A stretch of 64,000 nucleotides of DNA from the NCBI GenBank assembly GCA_964016885.1, contig OZ024742.1:76322001-76386000 (forward strand), in the 5' to 3' direction. Under the pieces are notes generated by a model, which was not told the origin of the DNA, did not search any database, and saw only the letters and a program-made list of their open reading frames with translations. This DNA comes from Eledone cirrhosa. Lineage: Eukaryota. The translations under genes and the position numbers were made by a program. Below, one piece after another: positions 29,117 to 42,133 of the stretch (position 1 is its first letter; the number at the start of each line of letters is the position of its first letter).

Positions 29117-31072
29117 AACTTTGATAACTTTGATAGGTTTCGGCCAGTATTGGCGCAGGCCATGTCTAACTTAATAGCACCACCTGGCGAAGTCTTACAC
29201 ATCAGTGTTTGGGAACCATGGCCCACTCGAACAGAGAGTTATTGTTTAAGGAGGCATATCCAGGTGTAGGAGGCTTATCCGGAATTTCTTGAAGGAATTT
29301 ATCCAAAGACTTCCTGAACTTAATGGGGTCTGTCTCTGCTTTGATGTCTTTTGGTGTAATGTTAAAGAGTGCAGGACAATTGAGGTGAAATAATTGTGCT
29401 GTATTGTTGTTATGTGATGCTAGTGGGATTTTTTACGTGGGCGGATAGCACGGGGCCCAAGACTTGGGTGTACACTAAAGGAGATGCCAACATCATTTGG
29501 GCTAAGCTGATGGAATATTTTCCACATCATAGAGATAATGTAGCGCTCAATGCGACGTTGAAGAGAATAAAGTTAGAGCTTTTCTAATCGACCCCAATAG
29601 TCAAGGCTTGTCATACCAACTATCTTTTTTGTAATTGACCTTTGGGGTGCTTCAACTTTCATGATACTTTGTTTCCTGTGGGGTGACCTAAGTGGCCAAC
29701 AGTATTCAAGATGGGGTCGGGCAAAAGTGGAGAAAAGAAGGACAACAGTGTGGATATCTCTCGACTGGAAAGTTCTGATAATCCAGGAACACATTCTGCG
29801 GGCCATATCAAATTTGCTGTTTATATGAGTGGCCCAGCTTATATTGTTGTCCGCAATTAGTCCCATGTCTCTGATGTTATTGCAAGCCACTAGAGTTTCA
29901 CCCGAAGGAAGAGAGTATGGTAGTTTCAGGGCATCCTTTTTTCCAAAGTGAATTAGTTCAAATTTATCCTCATTCAACCGCATATTATTCATCTCTGCCC
30001 ATTGGATAACAGCCAGTAGGTCTGACTGAAGGCAAGTCCGGTCACCCACCCCATTGATGACCTTTGGAGCTTGGAATCATCTGCGAGGATTCTGATGTTA
30101 CTGTGTTTGATGATGTCAGTAATGTCATTAATGTAGATGATGAAAAGAAGTGGGCCCAACATAGTGCCTTATGGGACGCAACTGCTGACTTTGGCAGGTC
30201 TTGATTTTACTCCTTTGACTACAACATGCTGGGTTCTGTCTGTCAGGAAACATTTGATCCACTGTAGTAATCTTCCAGAGGCACCAACATTGGATAGTTT
30301 TTTTCAGGAGAATCTTATGATCAACCCTGTCAAAGGCCTTGCTGAAATCAAGGTAGATGACATCGGTGTTGGAGCCCTCTCCCAAGTCTCTCAAAACATC
30401 GTCAAAATGATGCAGAAGCTGCGTTAGGCAGTCCCTTCCATTGCGGAACCCATGTTGGTTGGAGTTCAGCAGGCCGTTGCTTTCAAGAAAGTGGGTTATT
30501 CGTGATCTCACCACCCTCTCAAATACATTGATAATATGAGAGGTGAGTGAGATCGGACGGTAGTTCACTGCAAGGGACGTATTTCCATTTTTGAAGACTG
30601 GGACAACGGACAGGGACAGAGAGTTTTCAGGAATATATCCAGTGTCCAGTGAGTTCCTCCACAAATTAGCAAGAGGAGATGCAAGTTGGTGTCGACAAAC
30701 CTTCATGACATAAGTAGGCAACCTGTCGGGGCCTAATGCTGAATTGTGTTTAATTTCGTTTATTGCCGCTAACACATCAGGGGCGCCAAAAGTTATGTCT
30801 GATATTGTGTGTTGGGTACTAACAGCACTCATACAGCCCAGATCGGCCATATCAGGATTGCTGAAAACAGAGAAGTATTGTTTCTGCAGTATCTCGCCCA
30901 TGGTTTTGGCATTGTCCTGGAGTGTGCCATTTTCATCAATTAAGGGGCCAACTATGGAGACGGTGACCTTGTGTTTTTTAGCGAATGAGAAGAACACTTT
31001 GGGGTTGAGTTTGATTTTCTCAATGGCCCATCCCTCTTCAGCTATTCTCTGGTTAATGATGATAGTCATCAT
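29115..31072 (-). mobile_element. 5'-truncated CR1-group LINE, same family as 21736-23243
   Basis: ORFs 30128-31072 (NPKVFFSFAK..YLDFSKAFDRVDH) and 29573-30049 (LQSDL..WAEMNNMRLNEDKFE); IRILADD at ~30078-30098. Confidence 0.92.
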
Positions 31073-31200
31073 GCATTGCTGGAGGTTATATTTTTTTTAC
31101 TCAAGCAGGATGATAGCCTTTGAATGATAGCCATATATATATGTATAAATATATATACATATATATATGTACATGTATATACATATATATGTACATGTAT

Positions 31201-31271
<71 letters not shown>

Positions 31272-31337
31272 TATATGTATACATATGTCTATATCTATAT
31301 ATCTATATATATATACATACATATGTATATATATATG

Positions 31338-31426
<89 letters not shown>

Positions 31427-31430
<4 letters not shown>

Positions 31431-32053
31431 AGATAAGCAGAACAAGCAAAATTCAAACAATTTTTTAAATAAATAAAAAAAATATAATTTAAATATTTAC
31501 CTACTCCAGTTGCTTTTACCTACTCCAGTTGCTTTTCCCTTCACAAAACATTAGAAATCCACGGGGACCTCCAATGGAAAATTCAAGATCACCAGAAAGC
31601 ATTTTCCTTTACTAGGACAAAAAGACCCAGGAACGGCAATATATATTGCCATCTGCTAGCTAGCACAGGATCGAATGAGGCCAAAATTTGACCTGTACAT
31701 GAACCAGTCCGTAGCAAAAGCGGAAGAAAACATAGACGTGTTGTCTACTCCACCACTAAAAATAGCAGCCAAATAGAACAACAGATTTGTTCTCTACATA
31801 ACGGAAAATATTAAATGAAGTTAATATACCCACGGGTACTAAGTACCCCTGGAAATATATAGGTTGTCTATGATACAGGGTTGTTCAATGGTATTAATTT
31901 GACATACCACAACTATAATATTGAGATAAGCAGAACAAGCAAAATTCAAACAATTTTTTAAAATAAATTAAAAAATATGATTTAAATATTTACCTACTCC
32001 AGTTGCTTTTACCGTCCAGGGGTACTTAGTACCCGTGGGCATATTAACTTCAT
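31427..32053. mobile_element. Non-coding tandem plus short inverted element, family C (~493-bp unit)
   Basis: ttgagataagcagaacaagc at 31428 and 31921. 32016-32053 is the reverse complement of ~31816-31853. Flanked by (TA)n. Confidence 0.65.
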
Positions 32054-32111
32054 ATATATATATATATGTATATATGTATATATATATATATACATCTGTA
32101 TATGTATACAC

Positions 32112-32142
<31 letters not shown>

Positions 32143-32144
<2 letters not shown>

Positions 32145-32268
32145 TTTTAATATAGATGAGATTCTACAGGACTAGAACTGTTTCATTCTTTAGAAATCAT
32201 CAGGAATCTGATGATTTCTAAAGAATGAAACAGTTCTAGTCCTGTAGAATCTCCTCTATATTAAAACT
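32143..32268. ncRNA. 61-bp-arm palindrome made of two back-to-back HHRs (complete on the - strand, ~32160-32208)
   Basis: Minus strand: GATTC-CTGATGA-tTTC-taaa-GAAt-GAAA-CAG-ttctagtc-CTG-T-A-GAATC. The plus copy starts exactly at CTGATGA (32208). Confidence 0.8.
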
Positions 32269-32334
32269 GTTATACTCTGCAATGTATTGAGTACCTTACT
32301 TACTGTCGTTACCTCCGATTCAACCCGGAATAAC

Positions 32335-32390
<56 letters not shown>

Positions 32391-33495
32391 GTGTGTGTGT
32401 GTGTGTATGTGTGTGTGTGTTTGTGTGTGTGTAGGAACATGTTCATGAACCCTACGGCAGAAATCAAGCCGTTTCGACGGCTGCTTAGTCCAGATATTGC
32501 TGTCAAAACTGCTCGAGCTCTGCCATCGGGGTCTTAACATTTGGAAAAATCCACTTCAGAGGCTTCCTTCAGCACTGATTTGCATTTAAGCCTTCCACCA
32601 CTCGCCATCAAACCTATCAAATGCAAGTTGAATATCATCTTTCTATTTATATATCCGCGTATGTATTTTCAAAATAACTTTCAATCTTTGTTGTATCTTT
32701 TTTAAATTAGTTTCCTTTTCCTCTAGTTCTTGTCTTATCAACAAATCCGAAAATTAACCTGAACGATTGACACAGTAGAACTCCCACCTTATTATACACG
32801 CACACACATACAAATACACACGAACACAGACACATATCAGAACAACAAAATACAACCCGGACCTTTATTTTGAATGGAAATCGAACTTTCAATCTATATC
32901 AACAGGACTTGCTAGTAATTTAAATGCGTCCTGACTTTTGAACTACACCTATAACTGACCACCCCACATTTATAATAAAGTAAATATAAAAGAGATTATT
33001 AGAGAAAATTCATAAATATTCTAACTGCCCACGGAATATGACAATAAACATATACAAAAAATTATTCAATTGGATTAAAGAAAAATAAATCTTTAACTAT
33101 ATTCGTATAATTTTCCACTTTCAATTTTTACCTACACACACACACACACACACACACACACTTATATATATATATATATAGGTGTGTGTGTGTGTGCGTG
33201 TAGGTGTGTGTGGAATGTAGAATGTCAGCCAGCTAACAGACAACGAAGGACAAACGCGGACGGAGGTATGAACTCTCCTCTCTAAATAAGTATGTAAAAA
33301 CTAATAATTTTACTCACCGTTTTTATTATTTGTATAAATATGCCACATAGCTTCATTATGCATACTCGCATTTGAAAAAAGCATATAATAATGTAACCGG
33401 TATCATTAAATGCGGAAATATCCACTATATAAATACATTTTTTTATATTCTACTGAAAAAATCTTTTTCCTCTCTCCTATTTGTTTATATATATA

Positions 33496-33558
33496 TCATC
33501 ACCATCATCATCATCTTCCTTAACGTCCATCTTCCACGCAAGCATGGGTTAAACGGGG
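33496..33558 (-). mobile_element. 3' tip of an RTE-type LINE/SINE with a (GAT)n tail
   Basis: catcatcatc..ttaacgtccatcttccacgcaagcatgggtt resembles a common cephalopod RTE 3' end (recalled, not searched). Confidence 0.45.
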
Positions 33559-33575
33559 ATATATATATACATATA

Positions 33576-33607
<32 letters not shown>

Positions 33608-33665
33608 GGTAGATTAAATTTATTTATTCATATATATAATTCATATTTATATATATAATTTTATA

Positions 33666-33729
<64 letters not shown>

Positions 33730-34033
33730 TTATATATATATGTATATATATATATGTATATATATATAAATGTATATATATATATATATATACAATATAT
33801 AGAGAAACACACAGATACTTGCGGACACATATATATATACATGAATATATCCACATATATCCTTGAGTGAGTGGTACCAACCTCAACCGATGTTGCTCTA
33901 TGAATAACTGGGATAAACTAATCCGAAAGAATTAGATTGATTCAGTATCAGAGCTATGTAATACATTATGAAGAGAGAAGTAACATTAGATATAATTAAT
34001 AATAAGATATATCATACCCAAACTGCTCCTTTA

Positions 34034-34130
34034 GTCCCCGACTACGTAGTTTCGTGGCATATTATGCAAAAACACTACATCACAGAGATATAGAATTTGT
34101 GTGAGGTCTGCCGACTTATCAAGAGGATAC
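34034..34130 (-). ncRNA. Type I HHR with U3-A8 core (TTGATAA), family B
   Basis: TCCTC-TTGATAA-GT-c-GGCA..TGCC-AC-GAAA-CTACGTAG-T-C-GGGGA. Confidence 0.75.
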
Positions 34131-34969
34131 CTCATTAAGAGTTTCAAAACACGTCCGTAGGACGCGAGATAGATTCCAGAAAGGCGGAGGGGGAGTCAAT
34201 CACGTGATACAGCGGTCACGAAACAGAGCTAAGCCTCTTATAACTCTGAAAAAATACCACGGAGGCGGATGGTGTAATTATATCAAAGCCGTAGAAGAGG
34301 TTTCCAGCAGTCACTCCACTTCAAAGGTTACTCGACCAAAGGGAGTTATAAACAATATATAGAGAAACACACAGATACATGCGGACACATACATATACAT
34401 GAATATATCCACATATATCCTTGAGGTAGTGGTACCAACCTCAACCGATGTTGTTCTGCGAATATCTGGGATAAACTAATCCGAATGGCTTAGATTGATT
34501 CAGTATCAGAGCTATATAATGTTTCTTCTCTCTTTATAAGCTATTATATAGCTCTGATAATGAATCAATCTAATCCATTCGGATTAGTTTATCCCAGTTA
34601 TTCATAGAGCAACATCGGTTGAGGTTGGTACCACTAACTCAATGATATATGTAGATATATTCATGTATATGTATATGTCCGCATGTATCTGTGTGTTTCT
34701 CTATATATTGTTTATAACTCCCTTTGGTCGAGTAACCTTTGAGGTGGAATGACTGCTAGAAAGCTACCATTACTCATACTTTTCACCACCTTATACACCT
34801 CTTCTACGGCTTTTATATAAGTACCACCTCCGCCTCCGTGGTATTTTTTCAGGGTTATAAGAGGCTTAGCTCTATTTATTGACCGCTGTATCACGTGATT
34901 GACTCCCCCTCCGCCTTTCCAGAATCTATCTCGCGTCCTACGGACGTGTTTTGAAACACTTAATTAGGT

Positions 34970-35064
34970 GTCCCTTTGATAAGTCGACAGACCTCACACA
35001 AATTCTATATCTCTGTGATGTAGTGTTTTTGCATAATATGCCACGAAACTACGTAGTCGGGGAC
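34970..35064 (+). ncRNA. Type I HHR with U3-A8 core (TTGATAA), family B inverted copy
   Basis: GTCCCT-TTGATAA-GT..AC-GAAA-CTACGTAG-T-C-GGGGAC. Confidence 0.75.
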
Positions 35065-35174
35065 TAAAGAAGCAGTTTGGGTATGATATATCTTATTATT
35101 AATTATATCTTTTGTTTCTACTCTCTTCATAATGTATTATATATATAGAGATATATATGTGTGTGTATGTGTGT

Positions 35175-35430
35175 GAAGGCGCATGGCTTAGTGGTTAAAT
35201 CATTGGGCTTGCAATCGAAAGGTTGTGAGTTAAATTCTCGGAGCGGGCGATGTGTTGCTTCTTTGAGCAAGACACTTTATTTCACGTTCCTCCAGTTTAC
35301 TCAGCTTTAGAAATGAGTACCTGCCTGCCCGCCCAGCCAGTGGGATTACGTTATCTTATGGCTAAAACAGCACGGCGTGCTGTGACCAGTGGCGCCGATT
35401 GCCGCCTGACAGACTGGTCGGTCAAGGTGA
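35175..35430 (+). mobile_element. tRNA-derived SINE (second family)
   Basis: A box tggcttagtgg, degenerate B box gagttaaattc, central cttctttgagcaagacactt..ccagtttactcagct. Related inverted copy at ~43672-43770. Confidence 0.75.
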
Positions 35431-35453
35431 TATATATATATGTATATATATAT

Positions 35454-35581
35454 GTTTACCCCGTGTTCAATCGGGGGTAACCACAGTAAGTAAGGTACTC
35501 AATACATAGCAGAGTATACATATTTAATATACAAATGGCTTCTACATTTCTACTAGAAATGTTTCATTCGGGAGAAATCAT
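35454..35581 (-). mobile_element. Tail fragment related to 32208-32335 with a 5'-truncated HHR
   Basis: ATGA-tTTC-tccc-GAAt-GAAA-CATTTCTA-g-TAGAAATG-T-A-GAAGC, with the shared tail tgtattgagtaccttacttactgt. Confidence 0.68.
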
Positions 35582-35613
35582 ATATAAATGAATAAATAAA
35601 TTCAATCTAACTG

Positions 35614-35687
<74 letters not shown>

Positions 35688-35746
35688 CGTTTCTGAATTT
35701 GTTTAGCAAGATTCTTTATCTGAAAACGTGTGTTGAAAACGATATT

Positions 35747-35831
<85 letters not shown>

Positions 35832-35835
35832 TATT

Positions 35836-35877
<42 letters not shown>

Positions 35878-35920
35878 ACGAAGGAAAAAAATATATATAT
35901 ATAGGTATGAATATATATAT

Positions 35921-36138
35921 ATAACGCAGGAAATGTGGTAAGGAACTAGCTGGACTAAATGAAAATGTTTATCCTGGTATATAAACATTTTCATTTAGTC
36001 CAGAATTAGCTGTGGAAACGGTTTGAGCTCAACCGTCGGGGTCCTACTCGTTCCTATTACTAACTCTACTACCCTAAGCATTGAGTACTTTGGTGCGTTA
36101 TGGTCCACCTGGTTCCTTACCACATTTCCTTCGTTATA
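35921..36138 (+). mobile_element. ~220-bp element with 35-bp terminal inverted duplication, a 23-bp hairpin and the 3' half of an HHR
   Basis: ataacgcaggaaatgtggtaaggaac / gttccttaccacatttccttcgttat; hairpin 35950-36003; GAAA-CGGTTTGAGCTCAACCG-T-C-GGGGTCC at 36015-36044. Confidence 0.65.
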
Positions 36139-36141
36139 TAT

Positions 36142-36210
<69 letters not shown>

Positions 36211-37899
36211 TATGTATATGTATATATACATATATAAATATATTTATATAATTGTTGACTGAAGGGTATACGAACAATATATAAATAATTGTCCACTCTT
36301 CGTTTCTAGCTTGTGTTGTGCATTCGCATTCCCCTGGGATAGAATCCAAGTTAATTAAAATGCGAGAGACATAACACCCGAATGAATCGTTTGATGATTA
36401 TCGTATGCCTTTTGCTACTTGGAGATTAGCATTCAATTTCCCTGTAATAATATTGCAGAATATATTAATAATTTATTGAAATATTCATTTCTAAGCAGAA
36501 TCTCATATTGCAATTCACAGTAATTAGTGATCTAGTGAATTAACGCATGTGCCTGTGAAATATCATCAGATCCACATCTGATTGCAATGAGAGTTCAATG
36601 CTATCGTCTGAGAAATATCTATTGGTTAACTGCACACACATACACAAACTCAAACATGCACATCTGAACACACAAAATCTCTCTCACACACAAGCGCACT
36701 GACACGTCTACAGACACAAACATACGTACACCTGCACATACATCAATATATATAACCTGTATTTAATTATTCATTACTTACGTCATCCACGTGCATAGTT
36801 ATAACAATACATTACCAGAAGTGTGTTGTCTGAATTTATTTGTATAAATAATTCATATTATTGTCCACAAAGATACAGGTATAACGTATTTATAACTATT
36901 TTCCTGTTTGTTTTTAAATTAAGATGTTTGGCAGCTAGCAAGAACTACACATCCATGCTAAAGAATCGAGAGACAGTTACAACTCTAAGTGATTCTAAGT
37001 TAAAACTAGATTTATCAGGATGCTCGTAGCTATACAAAACCTATATTTCTCTACGTTAATTCTACTTTAAAAATGCAGTCCCCAAATAATTTTTCTTCTA
37101 ATCTAATTAAACTTTCATTATATACGTGACATAAGAAATCGGGAGGTATGTTTTGAAATCGACGCACGGCATTGACTTTGTCTTTGGAGATTGTGATCTG
37201 TACTTTTCTACTGAATAAATTAATTTGGAATAAACGGAAAAGTTAAATCCAGAACTGGCTTCGTGTCACATTTCTTCCAGGGCAACTACGTGGGTCATCT
37301 GAAACGTTCATAGGTTGGCTATGAAGGACTGATGCTAGAGTTCTTTCATTCGTTAATTTCAATTCTTCTTGTTAATAACTGCATCATTTGCTTCTAGGAA
37401 TCCTGTTGAAAAGTAATCCTCATTTACTCATTCCATGGGTGTATCTATCAGCCTATGAATATTTCTGCTTTGTTACCATTTAAAGAAAATTGCATCTTCA
37501 ATATTGCGTGTAATTCCAATAAGAATGCATCCTCTGTATATTTGCAGGATATGAGCAGAACAGAAGGAAGTTTTCTTGAATATTATGCTTTTAGTGAGGT
37601 GTAAAGTATAACAATTGAGACCTGTATCTATAAGTAAATTAATTCAAAAGACATATTCCCAATCCTAGGAATCCTGTAATAAATTTCGATATTACACACA
37701 CAGAAGATACATAAACACACACAGACACATACATATATATGTATAAATATACACGCATATATGAATGCGTGTATATATATATACATATATATCTACATGC
37801 ACACACAAACATGCGCAGAAAAACAGCGCCACACACACGTGGACACACATACACACACAAACACGCACACACACACACATACACCCACACATATATATA

Positions 37900-38084
37900 T
37901 AATTGTTTCTACTTTTTGGCACAAAGCCAGCAATTACTCAGTACATTAGTGGTACTTTATTATATCGAACCCGTAAGGATGAAAGGCAAAGTTAACTTCG
38001 GCGGAATTTGAACTCAGATCATAAAGGGACGTAACCCTATGCTTCAAAGCATGGTGTCCGACTCTCTACCGATACTGCCAATCC
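37900..38084 (-). mobile_element. tRNA-derived SINE (octopus-type)
   Basis: Reverse complement of the 55344 SINE. Confidence 0.8.
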
Positions 38085-39499
38085 ATATATATAATATTAC
38101 GAAATCACATGACCACAAGATGCTTTGGCATTGTAACACCGTGTCACACCCTATCTCTTACTGTTACACTTGTCGTCATTCTTATCACTGGTATTGTTGT
38201 TCATATTGTTATTTGTATCGGTGGTTTTTGTTGTTGTTGTGTTGGATTCCAGTAATGTGGGACAGTCGTTTTCATATTTTCTTTCTTTTATGAGTTTTGT
38301 CACCGCCGTTTTTCTTAGTTTTACTGATAATGTTATTGCTGCTGCTGCTGTTTCTCTCAGATGTTCTCCTCCCATATACAGACGTATACTCAGAGCAAGC
38401 CCATTCACTTGGACCAAGCTTTCCGGTCACCCACCTTTCAACAAACAGATTGGAAGGCAGTATTTCCCTTTTATGTTTCTCTTTGGGTGCAACCTAAAGA
38501 ATCAATCTGGAATACGTCGAAGAGGAAAGTGTTTGTCTTCAACCCTTTCAAGCGCGTCCACCACATGGCTTATTTCGCCATTGCAACAAAGCAGATAAAA
38601 ATTGCCTGTCCTTCTTCTCTGAAAGAAAAGGGTGGAATGAACTTCAGAATGAATAACGACTGCCTTGTAGTGACACACAGTAATTCATTAGGAAGAAGGT
38701 TTTTGTCTCCTTACGCCCAGTGACACCGCCCGTGGTCGATCAAAAACACTGTCATCAGTTTCGTCAATTGACTAAGCAAACGGCGTACCAGTCACATATA
38801 TCGTCCCTCATGAGACATCACAGAAATCAGTCTATCCATATCAATACACATAGTAGCAGATCAACAACAACATCAATTAAAATAACTCAGAAAGAAATGA
38901 TAACAATAACGATAACGACAATTTGACAATCCCTTTTCTATGGCAAAGAAAAAAATACGCCAGAACCAGTATATTTATAGACTAGAACCTCTGATCTACA
39001 CCAGGGCAAAACAAGCCGTATCACTCACACAACTAAAGACGACAGACCTGCAATGTTACCCACACAACAAACTCCACAGGAACATTAAAATAAGAAACAA
39101 TTTCAAACAACACCTTTCCCAATCCCACCTCCGACAGCACCGGTACCAACACCAATTAGTGCCTCAGTGATAGATCGAATATGAATATGCAGCAACATTA
39201 GCGGGAGTAACCGCCAATAGGAACGAAGTGTTAAAGGCATGGAAAGGTTCTTTAGCCTTGATTGGTAATGTTCCTGGTGGTGGTGTTCAAAATAAAAGCT
39301 CTGGAAGTTGCGCAGCCGCAGAAACGCAAATCTCATGAAAATGATGAGAAAATAAATATGAACTATTGATGGGAATTTTGTAGGGGTAGCCGGATGTGAA
39401 ACCTTTGAACAGGGTAAGTGTGACGGAAGCGGAGCTGTAAATAGCTCAACTCAGCGGGAACAGGCGTCCATAGGATCTCATCATGCAGCTGTACCACAA

Positions 39500-42133
39500 A
39501 GTAAAGCATAGGATTATAGCCATAGAAAAGCTGATGAATATTAATACTGAAAATAACTTATATGATACGAATGGGAAAAGTGGGAAACATAGAAATCATA
39601 AGGAAGATATATTAACTTGGGAAGAATTAGCATACAAAATGATTGATAAGGGAGAAAATGTTGAATCACTAAATGTTGAGGGGACGAACATTAGGGGACT
39701 GATGATGTGAACATTGAAAATGTGAATGAAAATGGAAAAAGTAAAGAAGAATCAAGATTGATTATCAAAAGATTGAGAGATACGTTTAATGATCCTGGAT
39801 TCAATAAAACGTGGCTGGATCTTCGGAATATAGAGAGAATTCGTTTAACAAGTGAAAGAGCAAATAAATAAACCATTCAATAATGTATATAGAAACGATT
39901 GTATCACCGGCCTGGGAAATTTAATTAGTGCTGCATGGTTTCTACATGGGTGATCGACGTAATATAAAAAAAAACTAAAAGGAAGGAATATAAGGTATGC
40001 TCTTGGAAGATAAGATCGGAAGGTCATAAAAGATATAGGTAAAATGGATGAATAATATAGAGAAAAATGGATGAAGGGCAAAGTAGAAAAAACGATGCCT
40101 GGATATGAGGTAGGAAATAAAGTTTAAATGTTTGAATGTAGTGATGGAAGAAGTGAAGCAGCAAAATCTAATCGGGTGAGATGCTATACAAATAGACAGA
40201 AACAATACAAACAGAAGAGGTTGTTCTCTGCAAATCAGAGAAAGTTATTTAGAACACCGACAGGGAAAAATTGTACAGACGAATCCACACAATGTTGGTC
40301 AAATGTATAGGGGACTGCAAAATAGCATTACACATATGCAATGTTTGAAAATATTTTTGATATTAATCCAATGGAGTCTAGCATGTCATTGTAGAGTACT
40401 AACAGGAAAGAAACACCTAGGTTTGGTCAATATAAGAAGATGGATATTTCAAGGAGATACATTCTCACCATTGCTCTTTGTGATTGCCATGTTTTCATTA
40501 ACATTGGGTTTACGGGATGCAGATATTTGCTATTAGAGAGCCTTTACTTTTCATAGATGATCTGACGCTCTTTGGCAGTAATACATTTCAGGTTGACTCA
40601 CGGGTTTTGGAGGGACATTGGGTTGGAGTTTGGTATTGCAAAATGTGCCATCATGACTATGAAGATAAGTAGTTTGTACATAGTGGTGCGATTAAGTTGC
40701 ATGATGTATAGTCGATTGATGATCCTGAAGATAGTGGATCCAAATACCTGGGCATTTTGGAGCTTGACAAATTTCTGAATGAGAAGGTGAAAAGAAATAT
40801 GAAGTATGTCTATCTAAATAAATTGGCAATGCTTCTGAAAATGGAATTGCACGCGAAGAACTTAATTACCACTATGCTAATTATTAGATATAATGCGACT
40901 ACGTTGAATTGAACCAAAGAAGAAATAGAGATGTTGTTTAGTCTAACGCACACGCTGGTGGAAAATGGTGCATTGCACCCAAAGGAAAATATCATCAACC
41001 TCTGTACACCACGGAAAGTAGGTTATTGAGGACTTGTAAGTGTGAAGGATTGCTTGGCTAATGAATGCGGGTCTTCATACTCGTTTAAACAAATAACTGT
41101 AGGTTATGTGGGAATAAGTTGGAAATAGTGCCGTACATACTGAGTGTACGTGCTTGCGCAGAGGGAATATAAAAGGCGTCATGATAATGTCTACTCACAC
41201 TTGCATTGGTCTTTATACAAGAAATATGAGCTTGCAACCCGGGAAATGGTATCAGTGCAAACCACAGAGGGACCTATAAAATCACACTGAAACAGTTGTG
41301 GGACTTAACTATCTGGATGAATAGAGTTCTGGAAAAAATAAGACCAAGGATATATTAGGGTGAGAAAGATACTAAAAGATGCTGGTCGTTCATCGGTGTA
41401 GCTTGCCGGGGAGAGAATTGTATCAATGGTAAAAGAAGAAAACGTGAAAATGGTAAAAAATGCAAATCAGAGAACAGATATCGAGTGAATGTTGGATATG
41501 AAATTAAAAGTTGTATTAATTGTGATGGGAGACCTTGGGTCGGTGACAGAAAATAGCCCAGACTCACTATAAAAGGCATGATATTATTGGAAAACTGATT
41601 CACTGACATTCATGCAAACGGAACAAATTACTTCACTCTGATAAATGGCTTAAGCCAGAGCCATTGATCGAAAACGACCAGGTGAAGGTACTGTGGGATT
41701 TCAGGATACGAAAAGACAACAAGTTGAACACGATAGGCCCGACCTGGTATTTTTGACAGGGAAAAAGTATCTTGCTTGATTATAGACGTCGCTTCCACCG
41801 CTGATAAAAGAATGCAAGAAGTGGAGAATGAGAAAATGTATGGTGCCAGGACCAGAAGTGAGAACTGAATATGATTTGGGAGTGTCAAGATATCGAGGTC
41901 ACACCCATTGCCATCGGAGCAATATGTATTATCTCGAAGAGATTCGAAGGCTGGTTAAATAACATTATCCCATACACCTTGTTTGTACACCCCAGAAGGA
42001 ATTTTAACTAAGAACAGTAAAGACTCTCCGATACATCCTGCATGTCTGAGACTGCAGGTAGCGGATTGGTTTTCATTAGAGCAATTTTTCCGATGAAATA
42101 ACATCAATGACTGAGATATCTAAGTAATAATAA
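39500..42133 (+). pseudogene. Decayed R4/Dong-clade RLE non-LTR retrotransposon
   Basis: QYKQKRLFSANQRKLFR, RR.IFQGDTFSPLLFVIAM, DIGLEFGIAKCA, KYLGILE, LAQREYKRRHDNV..LHW, RPDL..CLIIDVA; (TAA)n tail at ~42126. 5' boundary uncertain. Confidence 0.75.

Larger units (their letters stand above)
33792..35142. mobile_element. Non-coding retrozyme-like element, family B: ~1.3 tandem units (period 560) plus ~1.07 inverted units
   Basis: agagaaacacacagatac at 33801 and 34361. Orientation switch at 34520/34521. HHRs at 34034-34130 (-) and 34970-35064 (+). (TA)n flanks. Confidence 0.85.

Noticed and set aside
36241-36287. Hairpin enclosing CTGAAGG..GAAC as a hammerhead
   Set aside because: No stem II/III or GAAA; just an AT-rich hairpin.
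38330-38700. Possible decayed GIY-YIG PLE fragment on the - strand (LSIRLYM..GEHL)
   Set aside because: Too degenerate to call.
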